DNA of 64,000 nt from Camelus ferus (Eukaryota): positions 37,698,001-37,762,000 of the forward strand of contig NC_045696.1 in assembly GCF_009834535.1 (NCBI RefSeq). Direction: 5' to 3'. Below, in pieces: positions 36,354-50,419 of the stretch. The translations under genes were made by a program, and so were the position numbers. The stretch's first letter is position 1. The number at the start of each line of letters is the position of its first letter. The notes beneath the pieces are model-generated. The model worked only from the letters and a program-made list of their open reading frames with translations, did not search any database and was not told where the DNA came from.

Positions 36354-39300
36354 ATAGTGAAAGAAAAAAATGTAAAAGGTATATGACCTTTGTATGTTAT
36401 CCTTTTAAGAAAAAAATAAACATTATGGAGATGATGATGGCCGAGATTATTGCTGGTCATGCCCATGAGATAAAGGCATTAGAAAGGTACAATTTGATTG
36501 CTGAACAGTCAGAGAAGCTGTTTACATTGTCAATAGGGTGAGCTGTGTGAAAGGGAAAATAAATAAGTAACCAATCATTGCAAAGAATATTAGCAATTTA
36601 AATAAAAGTATGGCTGTTTATCTATTGGTACTGACATTATTTTAACAGATTGTATTTTAAAATGCCAAAGATAATTTTTATTTTATACCTTTTTCTACAT
36701 TGAAACTATTTTATTTTCCTTTTATATGCAGAAGCAGAAATGACCCATGCAAATACGTTCTGTTGCTTCATGGAAATTATATTTTTGATACAGAAAATTT
36801 TCAGAGGAAATTTCAACTTGAAAATTTAATACCTTAAGAGTTTTCTTATGTAAGTAATATCTGTTATTACACAGTAGAGTTTATGTTCAGATTTTATCAC
36901 TTAATGAATAAATCTTAATATATTTACCAGCTAAGAATATCTGAATTATACTAACATCCCTTCATTAAATATGACTGCAACAGTATGACTTGCAGTAAAT
37001 GACAGGGAAGAGAAAAAGTTGTCTAAATGTCTTTAGATGAGAGGAAAGGAAGATTTCGTAAAGGTCACTGTAATAAGATGCCCATCCTGATTGAAAGCAA
37101 TCAGACCGAAATGTTCTTCATGTTTCCTAATTTTGGTAAATCTCTCTTCATTACTTTCCTTTTATTAATTGCTCAAATAAAAATAACAATCTTCTGTAAA
37201 TGGTAAGTGAAGTATCTCCTTTTCTGGTTAACTCCCTCAATTTCTTCTGCTTGCTTGATTTTCTTGAGAACTCTCTTTTCAGTATCAGGTTATATTTTAC
37301 CATTGCTGTTTTCTGTGAAAATGCAGGTGGGATTTATCCCTCTGTTGTAAGTCATGGTGCAAGCAATTCAACTTGAACACATACAGATCTTTACCTGAAG
37401 CTTATGTTAATGCTTTAGCTGCTCTGTGTTCATTTTCTGCTTCTGCCACTCAAGCACTATCACTTGTTACTTAAGCTTTTGATGCCATGGAGGAAGTCAT
37501 AGCTCCAAAGTACATGCTTGTTGCAAAAAATAAGTTCAGTTAAAAATACCATGAACTTAGCATGAACAACAGATTAAAAAATATGAAGTTTTCAAAGCAA
37601 CTAGTTGTTTTTTCAATCATACATATCCATAGGATGGACTTCTCTAGGAATAACCAGCAAAATCACAGTGAGTTAATTGGTACAGACCGAATGAAATAAC
37701 TGAGTATTTGATTAAATTAAATGTCTACTAGTGCACTTCAGCAAAAGAAGGGGACTTCACAATGCCTAACACAGGTCTATGTTAAGGGAAGCAGAATGAA
37801 TTTGTGAGATTCACATACTCTGTTTGTACCAATACTCTTACTCATCATTTCTTTGCTCAAATGCAAACTCAAATGTCATCTAAGATATCCCTGTCAGGAA
37901 TTCTGTGACCAAATGATACCAGATAATTAAAGAAATTACTGTTTGGCTAATAGTCCCAATTGCATAGAATCTAGTATCTTGAAGAACAGGTAGAACTTAG
38001 TGAAGTTCTGTCTGAAGGTTCATCCCATCTTTAAAACTGAAATTCTACCATGATAGTACATCTCCAAATATACTATATTTCCCTCTGTATCTCTCTAAAG
38101 AATGTTTCTTGGTTCAATTTTTAATATACTTTAATGTGTAAGACACAACTTTTAATAATTTCAGATTCCGTTTTCATTCTAGTATTGAATATCATGCATA
38201 TTATCTAACTGGTTTCCCTGAAGTCAAGCTAACTATATCAGGCCACACTGAAATGTATGAAAATGGTTCATTTGAAAAATTCTTTAATTTAGAAATTTAA
38301 GGATCAATAATATCACTAATATTGAATTATAGTTATTTGAGATGTTTATTTCAGAAAACAATATTAATGCAAGTTGGTTGTTGAAACTGTAGGAACTATC
38401 AGAATGTTTAAATATATGGAAAAAATTCATAAGCCAACAACCCCAAACTATTAACATTTGAGTTTTTCATTCCAAGTCTTTTAAGTTTTTCATTTTTATT
38501 AGCACATTTAAGACCATCATTGAGATTTATTTTTTATATTACTTGATCGGTATTAATGATGTCTAGTCAGTAACATGCTATTTCATAGCCACTTTAAATC
38601 AATATCCAGCATAGTATTTATTGAAAAAACATTAGATTTTGTCATTCATGTAAGAACCAAGTAAAGAATTACTGTTTTTATCAATACTATATAGTATTTG
38701 TTTCTAGACTTTGGGTTTGAGAAGACTTAAATCTTTCCTCTTCGATTTGGAAATTGCACATTTAGAAATAAATCCATAGAAAGTAATCAGAGATGTGCAC
38801 AAGACTGGTTTATCAGCATAAAGTTATAGCTCAATTGTCAAAGAATTTGCTTAGTCAGACTATGTAATGATCAAGAAAGGATAATTATATCATAGTAAGA
38901 GACTAAGGTCTCAGCTTATACATTAATTTATTGACGTTGGAACATTTATAATATTGTGACTAGCAGATTATCAATTATAATGAAAATAATAGAGCTTTAC
39001 TTTTAATATGGTATCAAATATAGTCTGATAAAGGCAGTAGCTCACCAATTGAACTTTTTTTACAGATGATACATTAGAATAGGTAGTTATTAGTATATGG
39101 AGAGTGTAATTAGAGGCATGCATTTTACTCAGTCTCAGGGCACGTCTGCTTCACTGAGTTGGCCTTTTATCACAAAATGCACTGTCTCTAGGTATACTGA
39201 AAGAAATGGGAAGTCACTCTACAAAAGAATGCAGGGCATAAAGTCTCATTAATGCATATATGCATTAGTAACATCTGGGAGGAAAACTGTATTGGCCAGG

Positions 39301-42300
39301 TCTGTGATATTTACATTAATGTTTTGAGGAATTTTTTTTTTCACATTTGATACAAACTGGAATGTGTATGGTTGTTTTTTGAACTAAGTTATTTTATAAA
39401 CCTATTTTGTTTAGGAAATTAGTATTATAGAGAAAAATCAAAACAAAGTTACTTCTTAAATACATCTGCTGAGTTTTGCTTCATGGGTTTTGCAGAAATA
39501 GTTAAAATTTTATTTATCTTAATCATTAATTTTGTTCATTCTAGGGTTTATTTTGTTTGATTTCTGTACAAAAGAAAAAAAATATGAACTTTTTCCATGA
39601 GTCCCCTGCTTTGCTCAAAAATGAACACTTATTCTTGTACCACTCAAATTATAACTTTCTAACATTTCTTCAAAAATATGAACCTTTTTCCCCACTATCT
39701 GCTACTAATATGCTTTCAAGTTTTATTATTTCTGTTTTATCCTGTGTTATCTAGGAATGTCCCTTCTTGCCAGAGGACCACCTCGAGCGTCTCCATTCTG
39801 CTGCTCCCAGAGACGGTCCATTCCCAGCCCTGCTGCACTTCTCTCCCCATGGAATCTACACTGATAGCTCTCCAGGGTTGGAGTCTTCAGTTTCTGAACT
39901 AATAATATGTTTTTCCTGTTTTATTCCCCAACTTTATTGATATACTCTTACAAATATGCTAAAAATTTGCATTTATGTAGATTTAAAATATTTTTGTCTA
40001 CTTAAAAATACGTTTTGTAATCTTAATTTGCAGTTTAATTCAGCAAATATATAGGTTGAAATAGGCTTTTCTACAAATTTGAAAAATAGAATGGAAGGAA
40101 AAAGAATCCTACCCAGACACATACATATATTTTTAAAAGTATTACATATATAAAGAAAGTAACACAAACTTTTTTACAATTAAAAAAAAATTTAAATAAC
40201 ATGATAGAGAATGAGAATCACAAAGGCAAGGAAGAGGTCAACTACAATAACTGAACACTAAAGCATCCTCATAACCAAATATCAGATGAATTGTGTGCTT
40301 CATGCTAAGGTTAGGGGCAGAATTTACATCCCAGTCATAAAAGGTTAAACATAGACTCCATCTTTGTATAAATTTAAAGACAAAATTGAAGTTAGTTTCT
40401 GAATATAGTCCACATATTACAGAGCTGACTCTATATGAAGCCCAGGGTATAGATAAGATCTAAGAATAGTTCACAAATTCTCTACTATCTCTTGGCATTA
40501 TATATTTTCTCTCTTCAATTCACTGCTTCAATTTAGCATCCTTAGTGCTTCCTCTAGCCAAGTCCTCTGAACCTTGACTTGGATAACCATAGTCCTTATA
40601 CCAAAAAAATTATTTTAAACCTGACTGCCTTCATTGGCTCTGCCAGTTTTATCAGTCCTTCCCAAGCCAGTCTCATTTCTAACATATTTCAAATCACCAG
40701 AATATAAACATTTGATTCAGAAAACAAAAACAAAAACAAAAACAATAGTAACCAAAAAACAAACAAAATCTAAGAACAGCAATTGGGTTAAAGAAAGACA
40801 CAGTTACTAAAATATATCATATGAACTTCGCTCAAATTTCAAAAATTCCTTCAGTGATTTTTTTTGTTGTTGTTGTTCTTTGTCATTTGTCATCTTTTAT
40901 ACCTAGAGTAGATAATCCATTGGCTAAAAATTTAATAAAACCACTTCTGTTTAAATGGTCAGTCTCTCTAATGACCTGTTTTTGACTGAATTTTAGAAAA
41001 GGCTTTTCTCTTATTTCAATGGTTTATTTATTTCATAATTTTTCTTGTGTGCAAAGTACAGACAAGAGTACACTGTTGAATACATTTTTTATGAGCATTC
41101 CTTAATTTTACAAGTAAGAATTTGAGGCATTCCCCTCCCTGAAAAGTTTGATGATATAGCAACCCCCAAGCATGATCTTCTAAAATAATTTGTAATATTT
41201 GAAAAACAAAAAATATACCACTTACTGGGAATATTAATCTGAAATCTTACAATTCAGTCACATCTTATTCACCATCCCTTCTCTTCATTCCCAATTATTT
41301 CCTTTCTTTCTCTTCAGCCCCTTCGCTTTATTCACAAACTAATCAAATGCAGCTTTTCATTATAAACTTGGGAAACTCAATTTATAACTTTTTATATAAT
41401 AATATATAGCATTCAACTTCCTAAGCTTTCAGTCTGTAACTTATAATTATCTGCCTACTCAGAAAGCATTAACTAACATCAAATTCAAAGTCATATACAT
41501 CATACCTGATTGTCACTCCATCAGATTAGACTTTTGTATATATAAGCTTAATTTTTGTTGACAGGACTAAATTGGAATTTAACTTGTAGCTGTAGCAGGA
41601 ATACATTTAAATGTAAATTTACTTTTTCAATGATGAATTTTCAGAACTTAGCCTGAGAATGTGAACCAAATCAAGGTATTTGCATACACACTTCCCTGTG
41701 CAAACAATCATGCAACTAATTTAGCAAGCATGCAATGTTATCAAGTTGCAAATTTCTCAAATCCCATGTCTATTGGTTAAAAACTTCATATGAAGTAAAC
41801 TTTGAATAAAAAAACATAATAAAGAGAAACAAATGGATATATGATGAAAATTTTTTGGAGAAAAAAACAGTTTGATTAATAAGTCATATGTATAAAATCA
41901 GCCCCCCAAATATATGAGGCTAAAATCAAAAGTCTGTAGCAACTTAAAACAAAATGCCTTGCATTAATAAGTGGAATTTTTCAAAAATATAATCAATTTT
42001 GGTGTTTGGAAAGATCCAAGCAAACTAAGCTTAGATTCTAGTAATGATTATATACTTAAGGCATTATCTGATAATTTGTCATTTAAATTTAAATTTGCAT
42101 ACAAATTTATTCAAAATTACAAATTATAAGAGAAAATATAACACTAGTCAATATGCTTCCAGACTACCTCTAGAAGATTGCTCTATACAAATTTACAAAT
42201 AAAATATTGCACACATCGTGCAATTTTGTCTTTTGTACATAGATAATACATTAGTTGGAAAGAATATACATATGTGATCTATTAATTACAGGTTTACATT

Positions 42301-43034
42301 GAAATCACACACAGTATTTCTATTTTAACTAAATATATAGGATCTTGAGCTTTGTCTGTTTAGAGTAAAAATAGCCATCAATTTATTCAATTAAAGTAAA
42401 CAAACCAAAGAAACTATAGATCTCATTATTTGATGTCATAATAACTCCTCCAAAATGCTGATTAAGCAGTTCTTTAACAGATGACTTCTATGACAAAGAT
42501 AATCCATACCTTTTCATTAAAATATGTTTGACAGTTACACTACATTTTCCAGTTATTATAGTTCTATTTAGTATAAAATGGAAAAAAGAATCACTAAGTA
42601 GTGTTTATTAGTTTTCTATAGTTTTTTAATAATAAAAATTTAAGTTTAGCACACAAAAGCTCCAGAAAGTGATAAAAATCATCATTACCTCTTATCAAGT
42701 TTCAGAAAATGATAAAAATCATAAGTAACTCACCTTCTCCCACCACGGATCTCACACAGCTTTGTCAAGGATCCTGCTTGCCCTATAAAACAACAATTGA
42801 TCAATTTTGAATGAACTTAGAAGGAAGATGTAGTAAACAGGTGCATTTAATTTTTTGTCTGATTCGTGTTTTACTTACAATGGTATCAACTAGCTTGTGC
42901 ATTAAGTCAAATTTTGCCTGAGGGAACCTATCACTCAGTGTTGTAAGGAAAGTATCATGCTCCTTTTTAAAAAAAAAATTTGTTAGATATCAAGACTAAG
43001 ATGGACCTAGTATAAAATTCTTGATTATGTCGAG

Positions 43035-43125
43035 AGGCACACCAGAAGCCAACCCTACTTTCAGTTTGATCTTGGACTTCAAGCCTCCAGAACTGAGAGA
43101 CAATAAATTTCTGCTGACGTACTTC
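43035..43125 (+). mobile_element. MLT1 LTR 3' fragment
   Basis: ttgatcttggacttcaagcctccagaactgagagacaataaatttctg. Confidence 0.8.
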
Positions 43126-43349
43126 AGTGTCCACACACACTTGAATTCGGTAGGAGTATGATGGATTCCAAAAGAAATGATTATTGATTTCACAGCACGC
43201 ACTCCTTCTATATTTAAAACACTTGCATTCTTTTTCTAAGCAATACTATGTGCTGAGTCTCAAGTACAATTTTTATATTTAATTGTACCATAAACAGCAG
43301 TAAACTACTACCTGCTTCTGAGGTATAAGTTACAGTAGAGATCCTCCCC

Positions 43350-44142
43350 AATGCATCATCATCTTCCCACACATTCCTTTTAAAATAACTACTGTCTTTT
43401 GGACTAAATATTAATGCATCCATGTCTTCTGATTTTCATGAAGTTAGTGATCTCACCACGGCATTCAATGGTAAATACTGGCAAACACACTGTGCAAGTT
43501 TCATATTCACCAACAACTTTGTTGAACAATGGAAATGCAGCTCTTAGTTTTTGAGTAAATATACATTTCTCTTTATCAGCTCACTGATAATAAATGTGTA
43601 ACTGCAAAATAAAAGAATGAACAAACAAGAAAATAAACAATGAAATAAACAGATACACATAAACTGCACAACTGACTCTCACACCAAATGGCCAGAAAAG
43701 AATGGAGTACTTTTGTCAAGCTTTCCATAGGCCAGAAGGAGTTTGCTCTCCCTAGCCTCTGTGGAGTGCACTTTGTTTCATCAGTGAGATCTTTTCATAC
43801 TGTATTGAGAGAGATGGCAGTTGTAATGTATCTGACAAGTGTCAGGGAGATGTGTTATTCCAGTGGGTCGTCCCGTATTAATCACCTGTTAAACTTCCTG
43901 TTCACTATACCTACATTTTACGCACTATTAGGGAGACCATAACTGAACCTGGAAGCAAAAATGGAAGTTTATATAACCCACATTTATTTTAAGACAATTC
44001 TTAAATAATAATAGCAATAATAGTAATGATAGTAATTCTAACAGTAATAATTCATTAATAATGAAGTCTGTGAAATGTTGGGACTTGAGACAACAGGACT
44101 AGGCTGGCACTACACCGGGCAACTGGAGAAATATGAGCATCT
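43350..44142 (-). mobile_element. hAT (Blackjack/MER94-like) DNA transposon remnant with transposase N-terminus
   Basis: Minus strand translates KCIFTQKLRAAFPLFNKV..CTVC..FTI..ITNFMKIRRH (decayed zinc finger; CxxC at 43485-43496), then SSYFKR..EDDD after a frameshift. The right end gacaacagg..ccgggcaa..tatgagcatct resembles the recalled MER94/Blackjack terminus. Confidence 0.65.
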
Positions 44143-46579
44143 TTTAAATAAATGACATTGTATTTTCGTCTGCTGCAAATGGATTCTTTACATTGAAATC
44201 CATAGACTTTAACAGGATATTTTTTGTGTGTATGCCATTCTAAATTGCTTTACACTGAAAAGCACTTTGCCTTCAAATGTTACTAAAACTTGTTTTAAAT
44301 TTTTTAAAAAGTCTTGTATCACATATATAAATATTTGTTCTCTTTCATTTAAGTTTTTCTGCTCAGGAAAACACAGTTGTAGGGATGTTGGGTCAACTTT
44401 TCATGAACAACACATTTGTTTCTCTGTATTTCTTTTTATTTTGTTCTTTATTTTGCTTCCACTTTCCTGTTATTTGGGTTTTTTTTTTTTTTGATTTCTC
44501 CTATGTTTTCACTGGTTCCTAGTTTTCCTTATATCCCTTCAACATTTTCCTTTATTTTTATAATATTTTCATTTTTCCTGCCACACCTTTTCTGCACTCT
44601 GCTAAGACATGTGCTATCCATCTTCCTTTCTCTTGAATCTTACATCTCTTCACTAAAATTTCAAATATGAAAAATAGGTAGCAACTGTTTCTGTTGACTC
44701 AGTAGTAATACCTGGGAGGGGTGAGGCTAGTTCTTTAGCATTTGCATCTTCTGTTAGTTTTCCATTTTTTCTGTTTTTATATACATATTTTCTTATTTCT
44801 ATTTAATTGCTCTTCTTAGAAGAAGACGAGCATTTTTGTTTCCTGAAAGAGTGATATAGAGTAAGTTTATTCTGTCAGAACACACAGAATAGTGTTCAAA
44901 GCTATATAATTATTCTCCAAAACTCATTTTTTCCCAAGTGAATTTAACTGTTACATTTGACTACTAAATGGAGAAAGAAGACGTGAATTTTTCACAAAAA
45001 ACCCTCTTTTTTGTGCCCCACAGCCACTGAGAAATGTTAATTCATGCAAATGTCACTTGATAAATATGTGATTCCATCTAGATCTAGGGAAGCACCTGCT
45101 GTTAGCCTTGACATGCCGTTCTTGCTGTTACAAATAAAAAAGATTTAGATTTTGCATCTACGTGTATACTCTTTAGCTTTGATATGTACTTTTCTGGCTC
45201 TTTGTATGACCTGAAGTTGTGAAATTATCTTTCAGCTTCATATTTTTGATACCTTTGTTTGGTTTTCACTGACTTCTGAAATAATTTTTAAAATCTATTT
45301 TGTGTTTATTGTTTTTGTTTTCCTCTAATTTTTTGAAATATAACTTGGGCTTTTATTTCTCATTATCACAAAGTTTTTAGTTCATATTCATGAACAGAAT
45401 GGAAAATGCTGACATTATCTACAAATCTAACTCATGTACTCTTTTTTGGGTATATACTTGCTTACTAAAATTATTATTCTGTTATGTATTTCTTCAAAAT
45501 ATATGTAAAATATGACATTAAATTATATTCAGTTAGTGAATTTATGGTTAAATTACTCTTTACATACAAAATTCAGAGAATAAATATGCAAATATGAATC
45601 AAATATGGAAAAATATATTAATTTAAAATGGAGAATTACTATATCATTATGTATAGTAAGCTTAGAAGTAAATTTTACAAAACTATTTCTTGCTTTATCT
45701 ATCCAGACATTCAGTCATACTAGAAGCAATTTACTATTTTACTAATTTTGAACACCCATATGGTACAAATAATGCACTTGTATTCGAATAGAAAACTGAA
45801 CTCAAAAATAATCTATGAAATATTCAGTTTCTTCGCACTCTGTACTTAAGTTAAAACATCATCATTTTTTTGTACATTAAAAGAGACTGGCAGGCAAAAA
45901 GTATTTAATTAGAACCTACAGTATACCAAATAGATACTCTAGTATAACAACACAAATAATGGTATTCTACTATTAAAAATCTTGAGACTAACACATGAAA
46001 CATTTCTCTTTAGAAAATATCAAAGCAATGACCAGCCCAAGTTACATTTGGCCATTCCTATCTTTTTTTTTTCTTTAATGATATTTAATTGTATTTTTTA
46101 AGTGTCCTTTAGTCCTATTTAATTTCATCAATAATATTCAGTAGTCTTTAAATTCAACAAAATTTGTATACATCTCTTTTTATTTATTATAATTGGCATA
46201 AGAAAATCAAGATCTAAAATAAAAAGACACGGTACTTGCTATAAAAAGTTTCTCTCTACATATAGGAAGAAAGAGATATCACAACTTCATTGGAGTCATA
46301 GGAATATAAGCTTCGCCATGTTGTAATACATTTTAATATACATGTTTACCTTCCCAAAACACTGTGAATGAAAATGAATGCAGCTATGTGCATGTACTCT
46401 TATTCTTCAAATACTTACTATCTATCTTAAAGATTAGCTGGGCCAATCTATAACATCAGGTCTAATCTTTATTATGAACATTTCTATTCATCAGGAAACT
46501 TAGCTGATGTAAAGTTCAGTAGTGCTGAAAATGTATGATTTAAATGAGTCTTTTTGACTGTGAATCTAATTTTTCTATG

Positions 46580-47270
46580 AAAAATGTTAAAACTTGGCAA
46601 GTATGAGGAGAAACTGAAAACATCATACATAGTTGGTAGAAATGTAGAGTGGTACAGATGTCTCTGCAAATAGTTGGCATGCTCCTTAACTGGTTAAACA
46701 TAGAATCACTAGCAATTCCACTCTTAGGTATATAGACAAGGTAAATGAAAACATACATCCATGCAAAAACTTGTACATAAAAATTCATAGCCACATTATT
46801 TATGATAGCCAACAAGCTGACCCAACCCAGTAGTTAATCCACTGATGAACTGATTTTAAAAAGTGGTATATCCATACATTAGAATGTTATTCACCATAAA
46901 AAGGAATGATGTCCTGATACATATTATAGCATAGGTGAACCTTAAACCTATTATACTAATGGAGACAAGCCAGTCACATAGACCATCTACTATATAATTC
47001 TATATGAAATACCCAGAACAGGTAAATCTATAGAGAAAATAAATTACAGGTTGCCTAGGGCCCGGAGAGGTGAGGTTTGGGGAGATTAATTGGGGGTGGG
47101 GTGTGAGAATGCTAGTGGGTATGCAGCTTCTATTTTTCAGGGGGAGGGTATGTTTTAAATAAATTTGATGGTGGTTTCACAAGCCAGTAATTTTCCAGAA
47201 GAAAAAAACATTCAATTGTGCACTTTCAATAGATGAGTTGTATAATATGTGAATTATATTTCAAAAGCTC
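46580..47270 (+). mobile_element. Old L1 3' end (L1MB-like)
   Basis: agcaattccactcttaggtatata..aaatgaaaacatacatccatgcaaaaacttgtaca..ccagaacaggtaaatctatagaga..tgtgaattatatttcaa. Confidence 0.85.
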
Positions 47271-50200
47271 CCAAAATATAAGAATATATCCCTGAGAAAC
47301 ATTTAATATCCAAATAATTGAATTTTATACCTTCGCTGAATATTAGGTAGTATATGAAACTCTACAGTATGAGTAAAAGCTTCTTTGGACATATGGAAGT
47401 TACTAACATGTAAGACATTTAACACAATTCCCAGTTAAACTGATATAGATTAAAATAAAAATTCTGGCACATTCTGCATATTGCAGTTTTTAATAGGTGA
47501 GCTCTCTAATACTGAGTATATACAAACATTATAAAAATACCAATGAGTTTTATTATAAAATCCTACCCAACTATTGTACATCTAGAATTAAATTCTGAAT
47601 GATACAAAAATTGATATTTAAATACATTTTTAAAAATACAACCAGTCTTCTAAAAGATTAGAACCATCCTTGCCTGCAGCTATCCACTGATGAGCTAAAA
47701 CTCCATACAGGTTTGATTTTTAGTTGGCTATTAACTCATGCATCATTAGCTATATCACACACACACACACACAGTCAACAATGCAATTTGAGAAATCTCA
47801 CCATTGATCATTGAGACATGTCTCATATTGATTCAGGAAGTACTTCAGCTTATCATTTAACATTTTCAGCTTGATGTAACAAAATAAGCATTCAGTAAAT
47901 CGTTCACCTATACAGAGAACCATGCTACTTCAATTACACTCAAGTTGATTGAGGCCAATTTAATGGTAATTAGTAATTTACAAGGTCAAGAGGCTCACAC
48001 TTCTCTAACTCCATGCTGATTAAATGGTCACAGCTCACCTATGGATAAGAATACCAAGTGAAGTAAACATATGAAAGCCATGTTTAAAAGGGGTTTGTAT
48101 TTTACATAACTAAGTAAATAATCCCAAATTAAAATCAGCTAGTTTTCATAATATTCAAGGATTTGGTTTTTGCTGTTGACACATTTTTGCTTTTATAATT
48201 ATTTTCAAACACACATACAAAACACCTTTGATTTATTTCCATCACTTTAGTTCATTTTCGGTCCTTACATAACTCTGCACTTAGATTTGGTAGTGTTTCT
48301 CTTTTAAAAGTAGCGAAGTTATGTGACTTTTCATTATATAGATTTTTTTCTTAATTATAAAAGTCTTACTTTTATTTTTCATTTCATCATTAAATACACA
48401 AAGGCTCATAATATAATTTATTTATTATTAAAATTCATTATTATTAAAGGTAAACACATTTATTTCAAAGTATTGCACATAACTTAGGTATCTTAAAAAT
48501 GAATATTACAAAATGAAACAAATACCTAAGAAAATTAAGTTGTTCAAAGTCACACAGGAAGTAACAGAAGTAGAAATAGAATTTAGCTTTATCCCCTTTT
48601 ATTTTATAATAAATATTAAATATTTGGTATTAATAGTATATTATTATATAGTATAGTATATTATTATATATATTATTATATAACAAAATACAGTCTCTCT
48701 TTTCTTCTCTCATACGCATAGCTTACATATATACCACATACACATACTCCAGCCAACTCTCATAATATTAGAAACTATTCAATATAATTCATTAAAATGA
48801 TATATATATCATCCACGATATGTTTTAATGATAAAATGGGTACTTTAATTTCATCAGTGAAATATTTCGCATTGCATTAAAAATACTGATAATGAGAAAA
48901 TAATACATTTCATTTGAAAAAATGGGACAATAAACAGATGCAAAATGCTTGAACATAAAATTTTCCCTTGGATGGTATAACACATTTTAAGTATTTTCTA
49001 AATTATTTCTGAAGGATCAAGTAGATTCCATAATTATATAGCTTTGAATGACATTTCAAGCTGATTTGGCTAATTATACATTGATTATTCTTTACATGCC
49101 TCATGAAAAAATGCTTAATATAGAAGACTGACTTAATATACAAGACATTCACATGAAATGGATGATTTTATAAATACAAAACATTTAGATATATTCTTAG
49201 GCCAATACTCCATTTATTAGCTATGTTCAAATTCATCATACCTTAAGCTCAAAACTAGTGCAGCCTTATAAATGCTTAGAAAACTTTTCTTAATTTGTTG
49301 AGCTCATCATTTCAATCAAAAGACTAAAATTTCATCTGAAATTCCTTGAGCATGAAATAGATATTTGAATTTAAATCCGCTGTCCTTTACTTCACAAACT
49401 TGAAGAAACTTTGGGCAGGAGATTCAGATGTGAAGAGAAAATTAATTACTGTAAAAAGGCAAATATTTAAATTTAATATAGGAAATATTGGATTATTTTA
49501 AGTTGTTTCTATGAATATTTTATTTGAATATTCTTTTCCAGGAGAAATAGAGGCAGTCATATCACTCTAGTTAAAAACAGAAATAAATGGAAGATTTGAG
49601 AAAAATATGTATTTTCCATCTCAGTAAAATTCTTATTAAAGAAAACAAAACTAACTTCACAAAAAGAGTAAATATTTCACACCTGTTTTTCTGCTTTCTT
49701 TATCCTGTAAGAAACAAATTTCTACAACAGTACTTTGGTTCTTAGGAATAAAGTCACTACTCCAAAAGAAAAAATTGTTCTTTAATAAAGATTTTCCTGT
49801 GATTGAACATGAACAGAGGAAAGAAAAGCTAGAAAATGTATTAAAATAGTAAATCAGAAAGAAAGCATTCTTCTAAACTGATACTGACTCATTTTTCCTT
49901 TGCATGTTTTATGATTAAGCATTGAGAGTCAGCTTTAAAAAGTTTTGTTTTAACAGCACTAGGAGAAAAAAGTGTGCAATGAACTGTTTTCTTTTATTTT
50001 CTCCCTAAACTCAAAGACTTTACCAGCTTGGGTTTTCAATGGTTATTACTTCAATTTAATTTCAACAATTTTTCATACCAGTATGTATAATAAAGTAACT
50101 ATAGGTCTGTTTAAATGAATATTTGATGAAATAAAGAGCTTTTAAAAGAGCAATAATCATTACACACCATCTTTAGAAATGGTCTATAGGTAATGAATCA

Positions 50201-50419
50201 TTCTTAAAGAAAACACAGTATTCAATGGCCAGTTGAATGTATTATAAGTTAGACCATGTAGCATATTAAGAATAACGAGCTTAAACCAGTGAAATCAAAT
50301 TATATTTATAAGCTCAATTTGTTTGCATGTGTCATGAGTTCACAGTCACAGGACACAATGTGACAGTTGGGACACTAATGCTATACATCCCAAGGCATTA
50401 TAAAAACACCTCACTAACA

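Noticed and set aside
36732..36849. Candidate plus-strand exon (pyrimidine tract-TGCAG ... GTAAGT)
   Set aside because: Stops in all three frames and no partner exons. A non-coding exon cannot be excluded but is unsupported.
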